A stretch of DNA of 64,000 bases from an uncultured euryarchaeote. GTDB taxonomy: Archaea; Thermoplasmatota; Poseidoniia; Poseidoniales; Poseidoniaceae. The translations under genes were made by a program, and so were the position numbers. The stretch is taken from the NCBI GenBank assembly GCA_937899865.1, contig CALBRH010000033.1, forward strand, positions 1,873 to 65,872, read 5' to 3'. Under the pieces are notes generated by a model. The model was not told where the DNA came from. It saw nothing but the letters and a program-made list of their open reading frames with translations, and did no database searches. This document shows, in pieces, positions 63,869-64,000 of this stretch; within the stretch, counting starts at the first letter, position 1, and each line of letters begins with the position of its first letter.

Positions 63869-64000
63869 ACAAATTTAGGACGTTATTTCGTTATTTAATG
63901 ACGCCAAAAAAATTCCACAGCCGTCAACGTATTGAAAAGATTCAGCGTAAAGCAATCAAGCGTCACATAAAATTCGTCAGGAAAAATTCTCCATTTTATG
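63865..64000 (+). CDS. 5' end of an adenylate-forming (phenylacetate-CoA ligase / F390-synthetase-like) gene, truncated by the window
   Basis: Own translation: MNKFRTLFRYLMTPKKFHSRQRIEKIQRKAIKRHIKFVRKNSPFY. It has an ATGA overlap with the epimerase stop. The family assignment rests only on the N-terminal pattern and is weak. Confidence 0.35.
   Translation, partial: MNKFRTLFRYLMTPKKFHSRQRIEKIQRKAIKRHIKFVRKNSPFY

Noticed and set aside
1-64000. CRISPR arrays, rRNA genes, transposases / IS elements
   Set aside because: No regularly spaced direct repeats, rRNA-like sequence or recognisable transposase or integrase motifs were seen on reading the window. This was a visual scan only, so short or degenerate elements could have been missed.

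Overview
The window reads as an archaeal chromosome segment of visibly low GC content (not computed). Support for archaeal origin: an intron-containing tRNA-Tyr with the C1:G72 pair, aIF-1A, a RIO kinase, a Dim2-like KH protein, uS2, FtsZ, and an 11-subunit nuo operon lacking nuoEFG with a split nuoJ. Strong GGAGGTGA-type Shine-Dalgarno sites occur inside operons. The many giant surface proteins suggest a marine planktonic Thermoplasmatota (Poseidoniales-like) organism, but that is inference only.

Layout:
- 1-224: ftsZ 5' end.
- 474-573: tRNA-Tyr.
- 0.9-7.4 kb: three short hairpin repeats resembling the tRNA 3' end. They bracket a small ORF, a bacterial-type zwf-pgl-edd-eda operon, and one orphan gene.
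- ~9.0-22.8 kb: the standout accessory island.
- 23.2-24.3 kb: RNase Z.
- 24.3-39.9 kb: giant secreted or surface proteins, including an S8 subtilase.
- 40.1-52.0 kb: nuoABCDHIJ1J2KLMN.
- 52.0-54.4 kb: aIF1A, RIO, KH.
- 54.4-59.9 kb: more surface proteins.
- Remainder: a membrane-embedded Cas4-like nuclease, uS2, a TauE-like permease, an epimerase, and a truncated ligase-like gene.

The island opens with a complete T7-like single-subunit RNA polymerase. Three copies of a ~19-nt motif resembling T7/SP6/K11 promoters follow it. Downstream genes are two paralogous zinc-ribbon proteins, a Ubl-E1-JAB triad, a classic AAA ATPase, and a translationally coupled operon ending in two protein phosphatases. 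I propose this as a candidate undescribed system: self-transcribed Ubl conjugation plus an unfoldase and phosphatases. All homology calls come from motif recognition by eye. No database search was run.
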